From: an uncultured Myxococcales bacterium
Lineage (GTDB): Bacteria; Myxococcota_A; Bradymonadia; UBA7976; UBA1532
Length of the DNA: 50,365 nucleotides
Direction: 5' to 3'
NCBI GenBank assembly: GCA_937902595.1
Contig: CALELH010000464.1
Coordinates: 1-50,365, forward strand
Part shown: in pieces, positions 1 through 8,619 of the stretch
How the letters are laid out: each line of letters opens with the position of its first letter
Position numbering within the stretch: the stretch's first letter is position 1
Translations under genes and position numbers: made by a program
Notes under the pieces: generated by a model
Databases searched by the model: none
What the model was told of the DNA's origin: nothing
The model's input: the letters and a program-made list of their open reading frames with translations, nothing else

Positions 1-729
1 AGACAGGTACCTATCAAAGGGAGACCGCGACTTTTGAGCGTGGAGGACCCCCGGGCCATGACAGGACTCGCATGCAATCCCGAGTTCTCCGACGGTGGAC
101 CGCGTACTCTGAGCCTCACGAGATGCCCCTCGAGTGCCCTTCGTCGTGTGACAATAGATGCAGCTGTCATTCCACACCTGCGGTGACTTCGGCGTATTCG
201 GTGGCTGTAAGAAAGACGCATCGACCGGGATCCATCTCCGCTGGCTGATCCACCAAGCCCATGGGAATTGAACAAGCCAACCCTGACCCAAATCCATCCA
301 ATAATTCTGAAGGTGGTGTGATCCTGTGATCAGCTCAATTTTAGCCCGCTTCCCCTCGACGTCACCCGCGCTCATCTCAACGAAAAAGTCGTCTCCATGG
401 CGCTCCATGGTCCATCGTCTAACTCCATCGGATACGGTTTGGCTAAAGTCCCCCAGAACAGTCTGTCCACTGGGCCGCTGAGTCATCGTTCGATGATAGG
501 AGCGACTCCATGTCGTATAGGCACGCGGGTGGCATGAGCGACAGGCATTCGATGTCGCCATTTGGCGAACTTCGGGCGCTTGCTCAACGACGAGGGGCGC
601 GCGCTCAGTTCTCTCACCGGGCTTCACATACCAAATCACTCCGACAAAGAGGGCGACAAAGAGCGCCGCCCTAAGGCTGGATAGCTTGGCGGTCAGCACC
701 AGCAAAATGGCGATGGCGATGAGTTCCAT
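1..729 (-). CDS. multiheme c-type cytochrome, 5' part only (gene continues past the left window edge)
   Basis: Absent from the ORF track because it has no stop inside the window. The reverse-strand ATG at 729-727 opens a frame with no stop down to position 1. Hand translation gives MELIAIAILLVLTAKLSSLRAALFVALFVGVIWYV (hydrophobic anchor) followed by three CxxCH haem-binding motifs (CRSCH, CIYCH, CESCH). Confidence 0.75.
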   Translation of the reverse strand, partial: MELIAIAILLVLTAKLSSLRAALFVALFVGVIWYVKPGERTERAPLVVEQAPEVRQMATSNACRSCHPRAYTTWSRSYHRTMTQRPSGQTVLGDFSQTVSDGVRRWTMERHGDDFFVEMSAGDVEGKRAKIELITGSHHLQNYWMDLGQGWLVQFPWAWWISQRRWIPVDASFLQPPNTPKSPQVWNDSCIYCHTTKGTRGASREAQSTRSTVGELGIACESCHGPGVLHAQKSRSPFDRYLS

Positions 730-805
730 CTACAACAATCAACAAGTTGTGCGTCCGATTAAGATACTCTTGCTTAGACACGACCACCACTATGAGAATG
801 CGGTC

Positions 806-1120
806 ATGACAAAGCAGCTCGACCTATTTGGCAGCTCGGAGGAGCCGCCGACCCCGAATGAATCCGCCGAGCGGGCTGATGACACCCAAGAACGTCGGCC
901 AAATCCGGCGTGGGATCGACTCCCTGATGTGCGTGATGGGCTCACTCGCGAGCAGAGGGTCATACTCTATACTCTCTACGAAGCTGAGAAAGAGCGGCCA
1001 GGAAAGCGGGTCGCTACCCTGATGCTCTATGGCCGAGTCTGTGAGCGGATTCCCATGACCAAAGAACGCTTCAAGTCACTCCTCGCGCAGCTTGTCGGTC
1101 GTGGAGTGCCCACGCTCTAG
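806..1120 (+). CDS. small (104 aa) winged-helix-like protein carrying a GyrA/ParC N-terminal signature
   Basis: Track ORF 686..1120 starts at a TTG that lies antisense inside the cytochrome gene. The first non-overlapping ATG is at 806 (MTKQLDLFG...). Residues [24 protein letters not shown] align with E. coli GyrA [21 protein letters not shown], with 8 consecutive identities plus R and LY. No catalytic-Tyr region is present. Confidence 0.55.
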   Translation: [104 protein letters not shown]

Positions 1121-1121
1121 A

Positions 1122-2186
1122 TCACCTTAGGAGCTTTCTACGAATCAAGGCGGCTAAGGAGCCTGTCGTTGGATAGGCTAAGACCGAGCGATATCCGTTT
1201 CGCGCGGTCTGCAGAGGGTGAGACAACGCCAGGTCTGTCTGAAGCCAAGTCCTTGGTCCCCGTTCATCCACATCGTCTTGAGCAGACATTCCTAAGCAGC
1301 GCCTGACCAGGGCATGGTCAGTCAAAGATTGGATCAACCGGTGCTGCATCCAAAAACGAGGGTTTAACTCAATGACCTTGAAGCACAAACCACGATCATC
1401 CCAAACAAACTCCAGCTCGAAGGGACCGTCATAATCAAGGGCTCCTAAAATGTCTCGAGCTACTCTAGATAAGTTATCTGGGTCCGAGATTCGCTCGATC
1501 CACCAGCCGACACCATTGGCGACACCACGACGACGCGTAACGATAAACTGATGAACGCTGGAGTCGTGCCATCCACTCACGGATACGTTGTGCTCCGGAG
1601 CTGGGCTCAGCTGTTCTTGATACCCCCACTCTTGAGCACCGAGACGCCGCTCATCAACGGTCTCTCTCCAAGCTGACAAGCCACGAGAGTCCTGAATAAG
1701 GCCTCCTCTTGGCAAGCGTTCCATACCCCGCCAGGTGCACCAGACTCTGCTGCGGAAACGGTCACCAAACTGGGACCAAGGTGAAGCTTCATTCCCGACA
1801 GTGATGGGCACTAATCCAAGTCGATTCTCACTGACAAACTCATAGAAACGCCGCTTATTGGTCACCGTCTCTAGCCGCTCGCCCGCCCCCGGAACACTGC
1901 TAAAGCGCTGGTCGCCATAGAAGCTGCCTAGAAAACGTTCGTCCGTAAACAGCAGGTTCATTTCTTCGTCGGGGTACCAAGCCATCAAACGCTCAGGTAG
2001 CTCATCTGGTACCTGAATAGCGGCTGCTCGGACCTCACAGAGATGAGGAAACCTGCCCGCGATAGTCTCTTGTCCAACCTTATGTTGTAGGCATGTAATC
2101 GGCCCATCAAACCCGACCTCCCTGAGGGACAACACCAGGCCAACCGCGTTCACGTGCGCGGACGGGATGATCACACGATCGGTCAC
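1122..2186 (-). CDS. ATP-grasp domain protein (carboxylate-amine ligase superfamily)
   Basis: Track ORF 1122..2273. FELEFVWDDRGLCFKVIELNPRFWMQH is the ATP-grasp E-x-N-P-R core, and the N-terminus RVIIPSAHVNAVGLVLSLREVG looks like a pre-ATP-grasp strand-loop. I prefer the GTG at 2186-2184, which overlaps the upstream stop as GTGA. The ATG at 2273 would overlap the methyltransferase gene by 91 nt. Confidence 0.7.
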   Translation of the reverse strand: MTDRVIIPSAHVNAVGLVLSLREVGFDGPITCLQHKVGQETIAGRFPHLCEVRAAAIQVPDELPERLMAWYPDEEMNLLFTDERFLGSFYGDQRFSSVPGAGERLETVTNKRRFYEFVSENRLGLVPITVGNEASPWSQFGDRFRSRVWCTWRGMERLPRGGLIQDSRGLSAWRETVDERRLGAQEWGYQEQLSPAPEHNVSVSGWHDSSVHQFIVTRRRGVANGVGWWIERISDPDNLSRVARDILGALDYDGPFELEFVWDDRGLCFKVIELNPRFWMQHRLIQSLTDHALVRRCLGMSAQDDVDERGPRTWLQTDLALSHPLQTARNGYRSVLAYPTTGSLAALIRRKLLR

Positions 2187-2899
2187 AGCGTTAGCACGCA
2201 AGCGACGCGCTCGATCTTGTCCCAAGACTCCATCTGATAAAGTCTGGGCACCGCGAGGTGTCGAACAGGCCAAAACACATTCGGCACAAACTTCTTCACG
2301 CGCTTCTTTTGGTAGAGGAGATCCATTCGGCCACCGAACTTGAGGAACTCTATCTCCTTGTAACGGACCCCGGACGCTTCAACCACAGCCCGCACCGATT
2401 CGTGGTCGAAGAATCGGATGTCGTAGAGTTCATCCTCCTCCGCCCGCTTTCCGAAAGACTTTACGAGGGTTGGGTTCTCAGCATTGTGGACGATAATGAC
2501 TGCATATTTCCTCGCGACCCGCACCTGCTCTTCGAGCATTCTATGAATGAACTGGTCGTCATCAAAAAGAACCCAAAGTCCATTATGGAAGACGACATCG
2601 AAGCTGTTGTCGGGAAAATCGAGGTTGGCCGCATCGGCGGGCTGGAAGGGAGCGCCCTTATCCTCAAAACGACGCTGTAATTCTGCGAGTGTCTCAGCGT
2701 CGAGATCTGTGCCGACAACGGTATGTCCTCGCTCGGCTAGATAGACAGAGTCACGCCCACTTCCGCATCCGAGTTCAAGAAAGGAAGACGCTCTAGACCC
2801 AAACCAGGTATCCATCCAAAACCCGGTTCGAGCGGGCTTTGACAGATACTTGTCTAAGTGCCGCCGCCAAAGGGACGGCCAAGCATCATTATTGATCAT
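2183..2899 (-). CDS. class I SAM-dependent methyltransferase
   Basis: Motif I is FLELGCGSGRDSVYLAERGHTVVGTDLD, with a post-I acidic residue and a later DVVFHNGLW motif. The 238-aa ORF starts at an ATG. Confidence 0.8.
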   Translation of the reverse strand: MINNDAWPSLWRRHLDKYLSKPARTGFWMDTWFGSRASSFLELGCGSGRDSVYLAERGHTVVGTDLDAETLAELQRRFEDKGAPFQPADAANLDFPDNSFDVVFHNGLWVLFDDDQFIHRMLEEQVRVARKYAVIIVHNAENPTLVKSFGKRAEEDELYDIRFFDHESVRAVVEASGVRYKEIEFLKFGGRMDLLYQKKRVKKFVPNVFWPVRHLAVPRLYQMESWDKIERVACVLTL

Positions 2900-2950
2900 T
2901 CTCCACTCCAGAGTTCACTACCTGAAAGCTCTCGCATCCTAGGGATTCAC

Positions 2951-4303
2951 TCATTCACCTGCAAGCGGCGCAGACCCTAAGAGATCTCCCGGCGTGCAAA
3001 ACGTCACATCCGAATCTTCCGCCACAATCCGCAGCACCTCTTCATAGACGGACGCCCATCGCTCAAATCGCTCACAGCCCGGCCAAGACGTACGCACATG
3101 CCAATCGATGGCTGCCGTCCCCTCACTCGCGACGAGCTTCTGTATGAGAGTCGTTGCCTTCGACACTGCATCCTCAACGCTACAGGTCTCATCGTATAGG
3201 ATAGCTCCGTCCATAAGCATGGTCGGGATCTGGAGAACATTGACCGGCGCTTCAGTCTCTGGATTCCACGGCCTGAAGGGCAAGGCGACACCGAGTCGAT
3301 ACCCAGGCGCCTCATTGAACCCAACAGAGGTGTCGTACCGTAATCCGGCGCGTTGATGCTGTTCGAGAGTGTCCCAAAACGGCCGTTTCATATGCCAATA
3401 ATGATGTCGGCCGCCGAGCACTTTAGAGCCGCAGGCTCCTTCAAGTCGCGCACGTTCACGCTTCAACAACTCAAGGTCATCCCGAGCATTATAGCTGAGG
3501 TGCAATCCCACCTCAGCGCCTGAACGGGTCAACGCTTTCATCTCGCGACGAAACTGCGGAGAGCGCACATCATAGGAGACGTCATAATCTGAAGCACCCC
3601 GAGCCCACCACGGCGTCGACGCAAAGTAGAAGGCGCTGCGGGCACCATATCTCGCCTCCAGATCAACGATCTCAGTGAAGTTCCAATGCTGGGGGTTCTT
3701 CCTTTGAACTCTCGACCAGACTCGCTTCGGAAGATGTCTCAACTGCCCTAGACTAGCGCGTGGCTTGCCTGCGAACATCGCCGCTCCAGTGAGCCACAGC
3801 GCATGCCCAATGCTGCTCGGGTTTACCGGGTCGTCCACGTCATGAGTGAGAACGATTCTGGCCTGACGCCTCGGAAATTTTCGATCGTACTGGGCCTCAA
3901 CCCATGTCCGAAACAGCTGCAGGTAGGTGTTTATGATCGGAACCTCTGGATCAGCACACTCGGCTTGAGCCGAATCCGCTCGTATAAGTCGATCATGCTC
4001 ATCCAGCGACAGGGAGAGATCATCATTGCCCTCGTCGGCGAGCCAAAATCTCATCGCCGCGAATAGATCGAAGGGGAACGTGGAGTTCTTCCGCCGCACT
4101 TTTTCATAGAGCTCAGGGCTCGGCTCCGGCGGAATCGACCGCCGAGTATAGCCAGCGATCAACGGGAGTTCTCCTGGACCGTCCCCACGGCGAATCAAAG
4201 CGTCGGTCGCTGCGTTCATGGATTCGCCCAAGAAGCCGCTCACGAGCTCAAGCGCGTAGCCCTCGAAAGAACCATCAATCTGTATGGTCAGAGCTTGGGA
4301 CAT
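2951..4303 (-). CDS. polysaccharide deacetylase-like (NodB-type) protein with an N-terminal extension
   Basis: RIVLTHDVDDP (the metal-binding D-D region of NodB-fold enzymes), GGRHHYWHM and GLRYDTSVGFNEAPGYRLGVALPFRPW resemble divergent polysaccharide deacetylase family members. This is a motif-level call only. Confidence 0.55.
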   Translation of the reverse strand: MSQALTIQIDGSFEGYALELVSGFLGESMNAATDALIRRGDGPGELPLIAGYTRRSIPPEPSPELYEKVRRKNSTFPFDLFAAMRFWLADEGNDDLSLSLDEHDRLIRADSAQAECADPEVPIINTYLQLFRTWVEAQYDRKFPRRQARIVLTHDVDDPVNPSSIGHALWLTGAAMFAGKPRASLGQLRHLPKRVWSRVQRKNPQHWNFTEIVDLEARYGARSAFYFASTPWWARGASDYDVSYDVRSPQFRREMKALTRSGAEVGLHLSYNARDDLELLKRERARLEGACGSKVLGGRHHYWHMKRPFWDTLEQHQRAGLRYDTSVGFNEAPGYRLGVALPFRPWNPETEAPVNVLQIPTMLMDGAILYDETCSVEDAVSKATTLIQKLVASEGTAAIDWHVRTSWPGCERFERWASVYEEVLRIVAEDSDVTFCTPGDLLGSAPLAGE

Positions 4304-4499
4304 TCATTCCTCGCTGGAGTCACTTAGACGTATGTAGAGACCTCCGTCCGTCCCCGTCAAGCTCAGCGCGCATCAAGCTCGGTGGCGGCGTCTGCTAAAT
4401 CCTACGGGACTGGCTATGATTCCAGACCATCTCCACGGTTGACGACGCACACCTTGGCGCGGCAGAGTCACTGGCGACAGCAGGAGGCATGGTCCAAGA

Positions 4500-5867
4500 G
4501 TGTCTAATCAGCAAATCGAGCTGCAGTTCATCACACACGCGTGCGTATTGCTCATCGCCGGTGAGGTCCGTCTCTTGTGTGACCCTTGGCTCAGCGGGAC
4601 AGCCTTCGACGACGGGTGGCGTCTATTGGCCGAACCCAGCACCACGATTGAAGACTGTTCTCCAACTCATATTTGGATCTCGCACGAGCATCCGGACCAC
4701 TTCTCTCCCAGAGATCTTCTGAAGCTCCCTGCGGAGCAGCGCGGTCATATCACGGTGCTCTACCAAGAAACCAAGGACCAAAAGGTCGAAAGTTTCTTGA
4801 GAGCCAAGGGCTTTAGAGTACAAATTCTTCCCACGATGGAGCGCGTGGATCTCAGCCCGGACGTCAGCGTTTGCTGCGCGCCCATCGGTTCAGACTCTTG
4901 GCTCGCTTTCTTCGCCTACGGGCAGACCGTATTGAATCTCAATGACTGCATCACTGGTCAGGATATTCTCATCGATGACCCTGACAATCTTCCATCAAAC
5001 CAGGTGGATGAGATTCGTACTATGGTCGAGAATCCTGACGTGCTGCTGACCCAATTCTCTTATTCGAATTGGGTCGGTAATCCGGATGATCTTCATCTGC
5101 ACCGCCTTCAAGCACGCACGAAACTGAACCAAGTCAGACAACAGATCCGAACCCTCAAACCGAGAACAGTGCTGCCCTTCGCGAGCTTCGTTCACTTCTG
5201 CCATAAAGAGAACGCATACCTAAATGAGGAAGCGAATACGGTCCACCGTGTCGTCCCAGTGATCGAGGACGAGGACGCTCAAGCGCTCGTACTGTCACCA
5301 GGAGATCTCTGGCGCGTTGGCGACTCACACGAGAACAAAGAGGCTCTTCAGCGTTGGACTCAGATCTACCGACAAGCCGCCGATCGATCACTTGAAGAGA
5401 GCGCCATCGTCAGCGAGGTGGATTTGCGAGACGCTTTCTCCGGCTACCAACAGCGCGTTCGAGAGCGAAATGACTGGGCGGCCATAGAGAGACTGACACA
5501 CGCAGGTGGACTACGCCCGACCAAGATCTATCTTTGGGACCATGGGACGGGGTTCTTGTTCGACCTGGTCAATCATCTGGCGCCGTGCTCTATGGACGCC
5601 GACGACGCTGACATCTGTATGAGCAGCAGCACCCTGGCCTATCTACTTAACTATGATTGGGGTCGGGGCACCCTGATGGTCAATGGCCGCTTCTCCGCCG
5701 ACTACCAAGGCATCCATCGTTTCCTTGCTCAAACTCAGATCGCATACGGCAATAACGTTGGACTACGATTTCCGGAGACATTGCCCGAGTCGATCATTCG
5801 CGAGTCGCCAAGCTACGTCGCTTTCTTCGCCCGCCAGGCGCTCCGACTCAATGCTGAGATGGGCTAG
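4500..5867 (+). CDS. MBL-fold metallo-hydrolase with a roughly 250-aa C-terminal domain of unknown function
   Basis: HxHxDH motif in WISHEHPDHFSP. GTG start at 4500, preceded by AGGAGG at 4483-4488. The ATG at 4489 is in another frame and gives only 77 aa. Confidence 0.75.
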   Translation: MSNQQIELQFITHACVLLIAGEVRLLCDPWLSGTAFDDGWRLLAEPSTTIEDCSPTHIWISHEHPDHFSPRDLLKLPAEQRGHITVLYQETKDQKVESFLRAKGFRVQILPTMERVDLSPDVSVCCAPIGSDSWLAFFAYGQTVLNLNDCITGQDILIDDPDNLPSNQVDEIRTMVENPDVLLTQFSYSNWVGNPDDLHLHRLQARTKLNQVRQQIRTLKPRTVLPFASFVHFCHKENAYLNEEANTVHRVVPVIEDEDAQALVLSPGDLWRVGDSHENKEALQRWTQIYRQAADRSLEESAIVSEVDLRDAFSGYQQRVRERNDWAAIERLTHAGGLRPTKIYLWDHGTGFLFDLVNHLAPCSMDADDADICMSSSTLAYLLNYDWGRGTLMVNGRFSADYQGIHRFLAQTQIAYGNNVGLRFPETLPESIIRESPSYVAFFARQALRLNAEMG

Positions 5868-6598
5868 AGCGTCAAGTATGAGATCCAGGGATGGAAGGGC
5901 AGCTTCCTGATTGGGCGGGTGTTGAGCCCCAGGTAATCAAGGACCGCCTGAGTTTCCCCTGGAAAGAACGCGCTGTTGAGCTCATCGAAGATGATGACAG
6001 CGCCCTTCGGCATTCTCGGAACAAAGGTCTCCAACATCACTTTTGTCGGCTCGAAGAGATCCAAATCCAAGTGCAGTAGGGACACGACTAGATGTGGGTT
6101 ATCGACCAAATATTGTGGAGCCGTCTGACAAACATCGCCACCGACCAGGTCGACCTTGGGGATGTGATTGAGAGGTCGATTGATGTCAAAGGCGTCTACG
6201 GCTGCCTGAATCTCGGCCTCGGCCGAGCCCTGATACCCGCCCGCATGCATCGCCTCTGACACCGACGATTGATCTTCGTCAGCCACGGATGGGAAGCCAG
6301 AGAATGTATCAAAGCCAACCACACGACGGGTGTGATTCGTCGGCTCCAAGATGGCCGAGAGCTTCGCCCAAGTGAACAAACTGAATCCATGAAAGACTCC
6401 GGCGTCGATTACGACCCCTGGGACTTCGATCACTTTCTGAAAGACCTCATACCGAGCAAGAAATCGTGACAGGGATGGGATGGATGAGAAACGAGCAAAG
6501 TTCTCCATCGCCAAGCGAGGGCTCAGCGAAGCTCTAGCGAGAAGCTCATCGACCGCCTCGAAGTATTGGTCATCCTTATTCGAATCTAGCTCACGCAT
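5864..6598 (-). CDS. TylF/macrocin-O-methyltransferase-family class I SAM methyltransferase
   Basis: VPGVVIDAGVFHGFSLFTWAKL, VVGFDTFSGFP and LHLDLDLFEPTKVMLETFVPRMPKGAVIIFDE match the TylF-like layout (the E/D-x-G-V-x-x-G motif and the D-x-D-x-Y-E-like motif). The 3' end overlaps the convergent MBL gene by 4 nt. Confidence 0.7.
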   Translation of the reverse strand: MRELDSNKDDQYFEAVDELLARASLSPRLAMENFARFSSIPSLSRFLARYEVFQKVIEVPGVVIDAGVFHGFSLFTWAKLSAILEPTNHTRRVVGFDTFSGFPSVADEDQSSVSEAMHAGGYQGSAEAEIQAAVDAFDINRPLNHIPKVDLVGGDVCQTAPQYLVDNPHLVVSLLHLDLDLFEPTKVMLETFVPRMPKGAVIIFDELNSAFFPGETQAVLDYLGLNTRPIRKLPFHPWISYLTL

Positions 6599-6717
6599 AG
6601 GCTCCGCCTTACTGGCAAATTTCCGCAGATCGTCCCTAGCTTACCCTGAAGCAAGAGGTAGTACAAATATGTACATTTGATTACATCTGTGGGGCTCAGC
6701 TAAGCGAAGCCCTATAG

Positions 6718-7341
6718 CTATAGGTCGACGGGCGAGTCTTCTGTCACTTTAGGGGTCGGCGACGTCGCTGGGGTCTCCACAGCCGGAGCCGCACCAGGCA
6801 CGGGTCCACATGAGGCCATGCACACCGCGGGGTCGTAGGATGTACCCAACGTGAGATGGTGGGTGACCTTCAACAGAGAAGTAGACAGGCGAGGCTTACT
6901 GCATCGTTCGAGACATGTACGTCGATGAGCGTTGATCCAGACAAGATGGCCAAGGCCGTGCGCGATAATCGCCGCGATTTGAGGGGTCTCATAAGGGGCG
7001 CTGGTGCAGATAGGGATTCGACTCCCATGGCCAATTATCAACTCGCTGGAGCCGACTTTCTCCACCTTGAAGCGCGACCCCGAACAGTCTTTGTGACAGC
7101 TGAAACGTAGTTTCTTCTTAATCAGCCGAGCCGCGAATCGGTCACGACTCTTACCCGACCAATCCGAGAGTCCACTCTTGCCTAAGTGGGCGTCGAGGTC
7201 AGGGAGTCGTGAGACGAGCCAATCAACGGCGGCCTGAATGCGCTGGCGCGACGCCGATCCACAGTCACTGAACTCAATCTTGGCTGCCTCCGCCGAAGCG
7301 AGAGGAGATACGAGCAGAATGACCGTGAAGAGAAGACGCAT
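6718..7341 (-). CDS. secreted hypothetical protein with a degenerate zincin-like HGLGH motif
   Basis: The track start at 7356 is a TTG. The ATG at 7341 gives MRLLFTVILLVSPLASAEA, a signal peptide. Internal IAAIIAHGLGHLVW resembles HExxH with Gly in place of the catalytic Glu. The C-terminal tail is Pro/Thr-rich. Confidence 0.6.
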   Translation of the reverse strand: MRLLFTVILLVSPLASAEAAKIEFSDCGSASRQRIQAAVDWLVSRLPDLDAHLGKSGLSDWSGKSRDRFAARLIKKKLRFSCHKDCSGSRFKVEKVGSSELIIGHGSRIPICTSAPYETPQIAAIIAHGLGHLVWINAHRRTCLERCSKPRLSTSLLKVTHHLTLGTSYDPAVCMASCGPVPGAAPAVETPATSPTPKVTEDSPVDL

Positions 7342-7400
7342 ACCCAAGAAACCCAATGATCACCACGTGTGGCGGAGTAAGCATCTTCCATTTGAGAAGA

Positions 7401-7547
7401 TCAATCTTTTCCGCGGCGTATCCCTAGAAGGTCTCGACGAATGACCTGCGCATGAGCGCCCAATCGGGCGGCGAGTTCGTCCAAACTGATGTCCGGATTG
7501 AGGTCGAGTAACTGGAGGAGTCGATTGACTCGCACTTTCTGAGACAT
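7401..7547 (-). CDS. stand-alone 48-aa DeoR-like helix-turn-helix peptide (possibly a truncated regulator)
   Basis: MSQKVRVNRLLQLLDLNPDISLDELAARLGAHAQVIRRDLLGI resembles the N-terminal HTH of DeoR-family regulators (..SV.ELA..L.VS..TIRRDL..L). ATG at 7547 with GGAG 8 nt upstream. The 90-aa track ORF would overlap the DUF1287 gene. Confidence 0.4.
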   Translation of the reverse strand: MSQKVRVNRLLQLLDLNPDISLDELAARLGAHAQVIRRDLLGIRRGKD

Positions 7548-7623
7548 AACGGGATCTCCTTCACTCATTGACGTCACAAAGAGACCGGACGACACCAGCC
7601 ACAAAAAACTCACCAGTAATTGG

Positions 7624-8541
7624 TCATCTCGGTCGGCGCTCGGTGATTCTGAATCGATGAGTGATCGGCACACTACCGAGGAGGCTCATGTCCGATGTGC
7701 GATAACCATTGTCCCAATTGTTGATGATCATGGGTCGTCCAGCGTCGTCGACCCTGTCAGAGACAACACCCACGTGGTCGGGACCCCGTTTGGGCAAAGT
7801 ATCCATAAATACGATGTCACCAGGTAACCACGCGGCCCGGCCACTGGCTTGCTTTTGAAAGGTCACTGGGAGCGCTCTGAATTTGCGACGGAAGTAGACG
7901 ATCTGACGACGTACACGGCGGTGCTCTATGGATCGATTAGGGCGTCGACCCTTGAGGCCATATGCTCGAGGGGCTCGCTCCATATCCTCGATCAGGTCCC
8001 TCTGTAGATCGTATCCAGCGTTACGCAGCGCACGTACGATGACATCCGTACAGACGCCTCGATTCCGCTCTATATCTCCACCAGGATAGTCGATGACCTG
8101 GTAGGGTCCACCATAGGATGCGGCGTTAATGGCGGTCTTTCGAGCTCCGTAACTGACATCCAAACTATCCGGGATCCCGTCAGCGTCTCGATCTGGTAGC
8201 CCGGTCTTTCTTGGTTCACAGGGTCTAACCTGCATCTTCTTTAGCTCGGCGAGGTCCTCCGGCCGGAGAGTGCCATCTACGAGTGGATAGGCCTTCACTG
8301 GATTACCCCCCAGCATGAGGAGAGCGATACGTTCACTTGTCGTGCACTCGGCATCTTGGTCGCTGAGCCATTGGGGAACGAGGCTTCGCGTCTTAGGAGA
8401 GAGGTCTGAGAAGATCCCTACGTCCGTCTGAGGATATGCCAACTCGGACTGGGCTGAGGCCCGCAGCGGAATCAAGGCTCCAAGGAGAACTACACAAAAC
8501 CCGACGACCGCTGCCCGAAGTTGTTGCTCATGATGCGACAT
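7624..8541 (-). CDS. DUF1287 domain-containing secreted protein
   Basis: YPGGDIERNRGVCTDVIVRALRNAGYDLQ ... HRRV ... PGDIVFMD ... GPDHVGVVSD ... PMIINN is the DUF1287 pattern. The track start at 8583 is a TTG. The ATG at 8541 gives MSHHEQQLRAAVVGFCVVLLGALIPLRASAQS, a signal peptide. Confidence 0.75.
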   Translation of the reverse strand: MSHHEQQLRAAVVGFCVVLLGALIPLRASAQSELAYPQTDVGIFSDLSPKTRSLVPQWLSDQDAECTTSERIALLMLGGNPVKAYPLVDGTLRPEDLAELKKMQVRPCEPRKTGLPDRDADGIPDSLDVSYGARKTAINAASYGGPYQVIDYPGGDIERNRGVCTDVIVRALRNAGYDLQRDLIEDMERAPRAYGLKGRRPNRSIEHRRVRRQIVYFRRKFRALPVTFQKQASGRAAWLPGDIVFMDTLPKRGPDHVGVVSDRVDDAGRPMIINNWDNGYRTSDMSLLGSVPITHRFRITERRPR

Positions 8542-8619
8542 TAGATCCCTCTGACTCTCCACCTGGCAGTAACGCGAAGCCAACGGTCCTTATTCCAAGG
8601 ACAGACAGTGCAACGGTCC

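Noticed and set aside
686-805. Upstream extension of the GyrA-motif ORF from the TTG at 686 (or ATGs at 707-719)
   Set aside because: It would overlap the start of the divergent cytochrome gene in antisense, and it encodes MAMAMSS-type low-complexity sequence. ATG 806 is preferred, though the true start is unverified.
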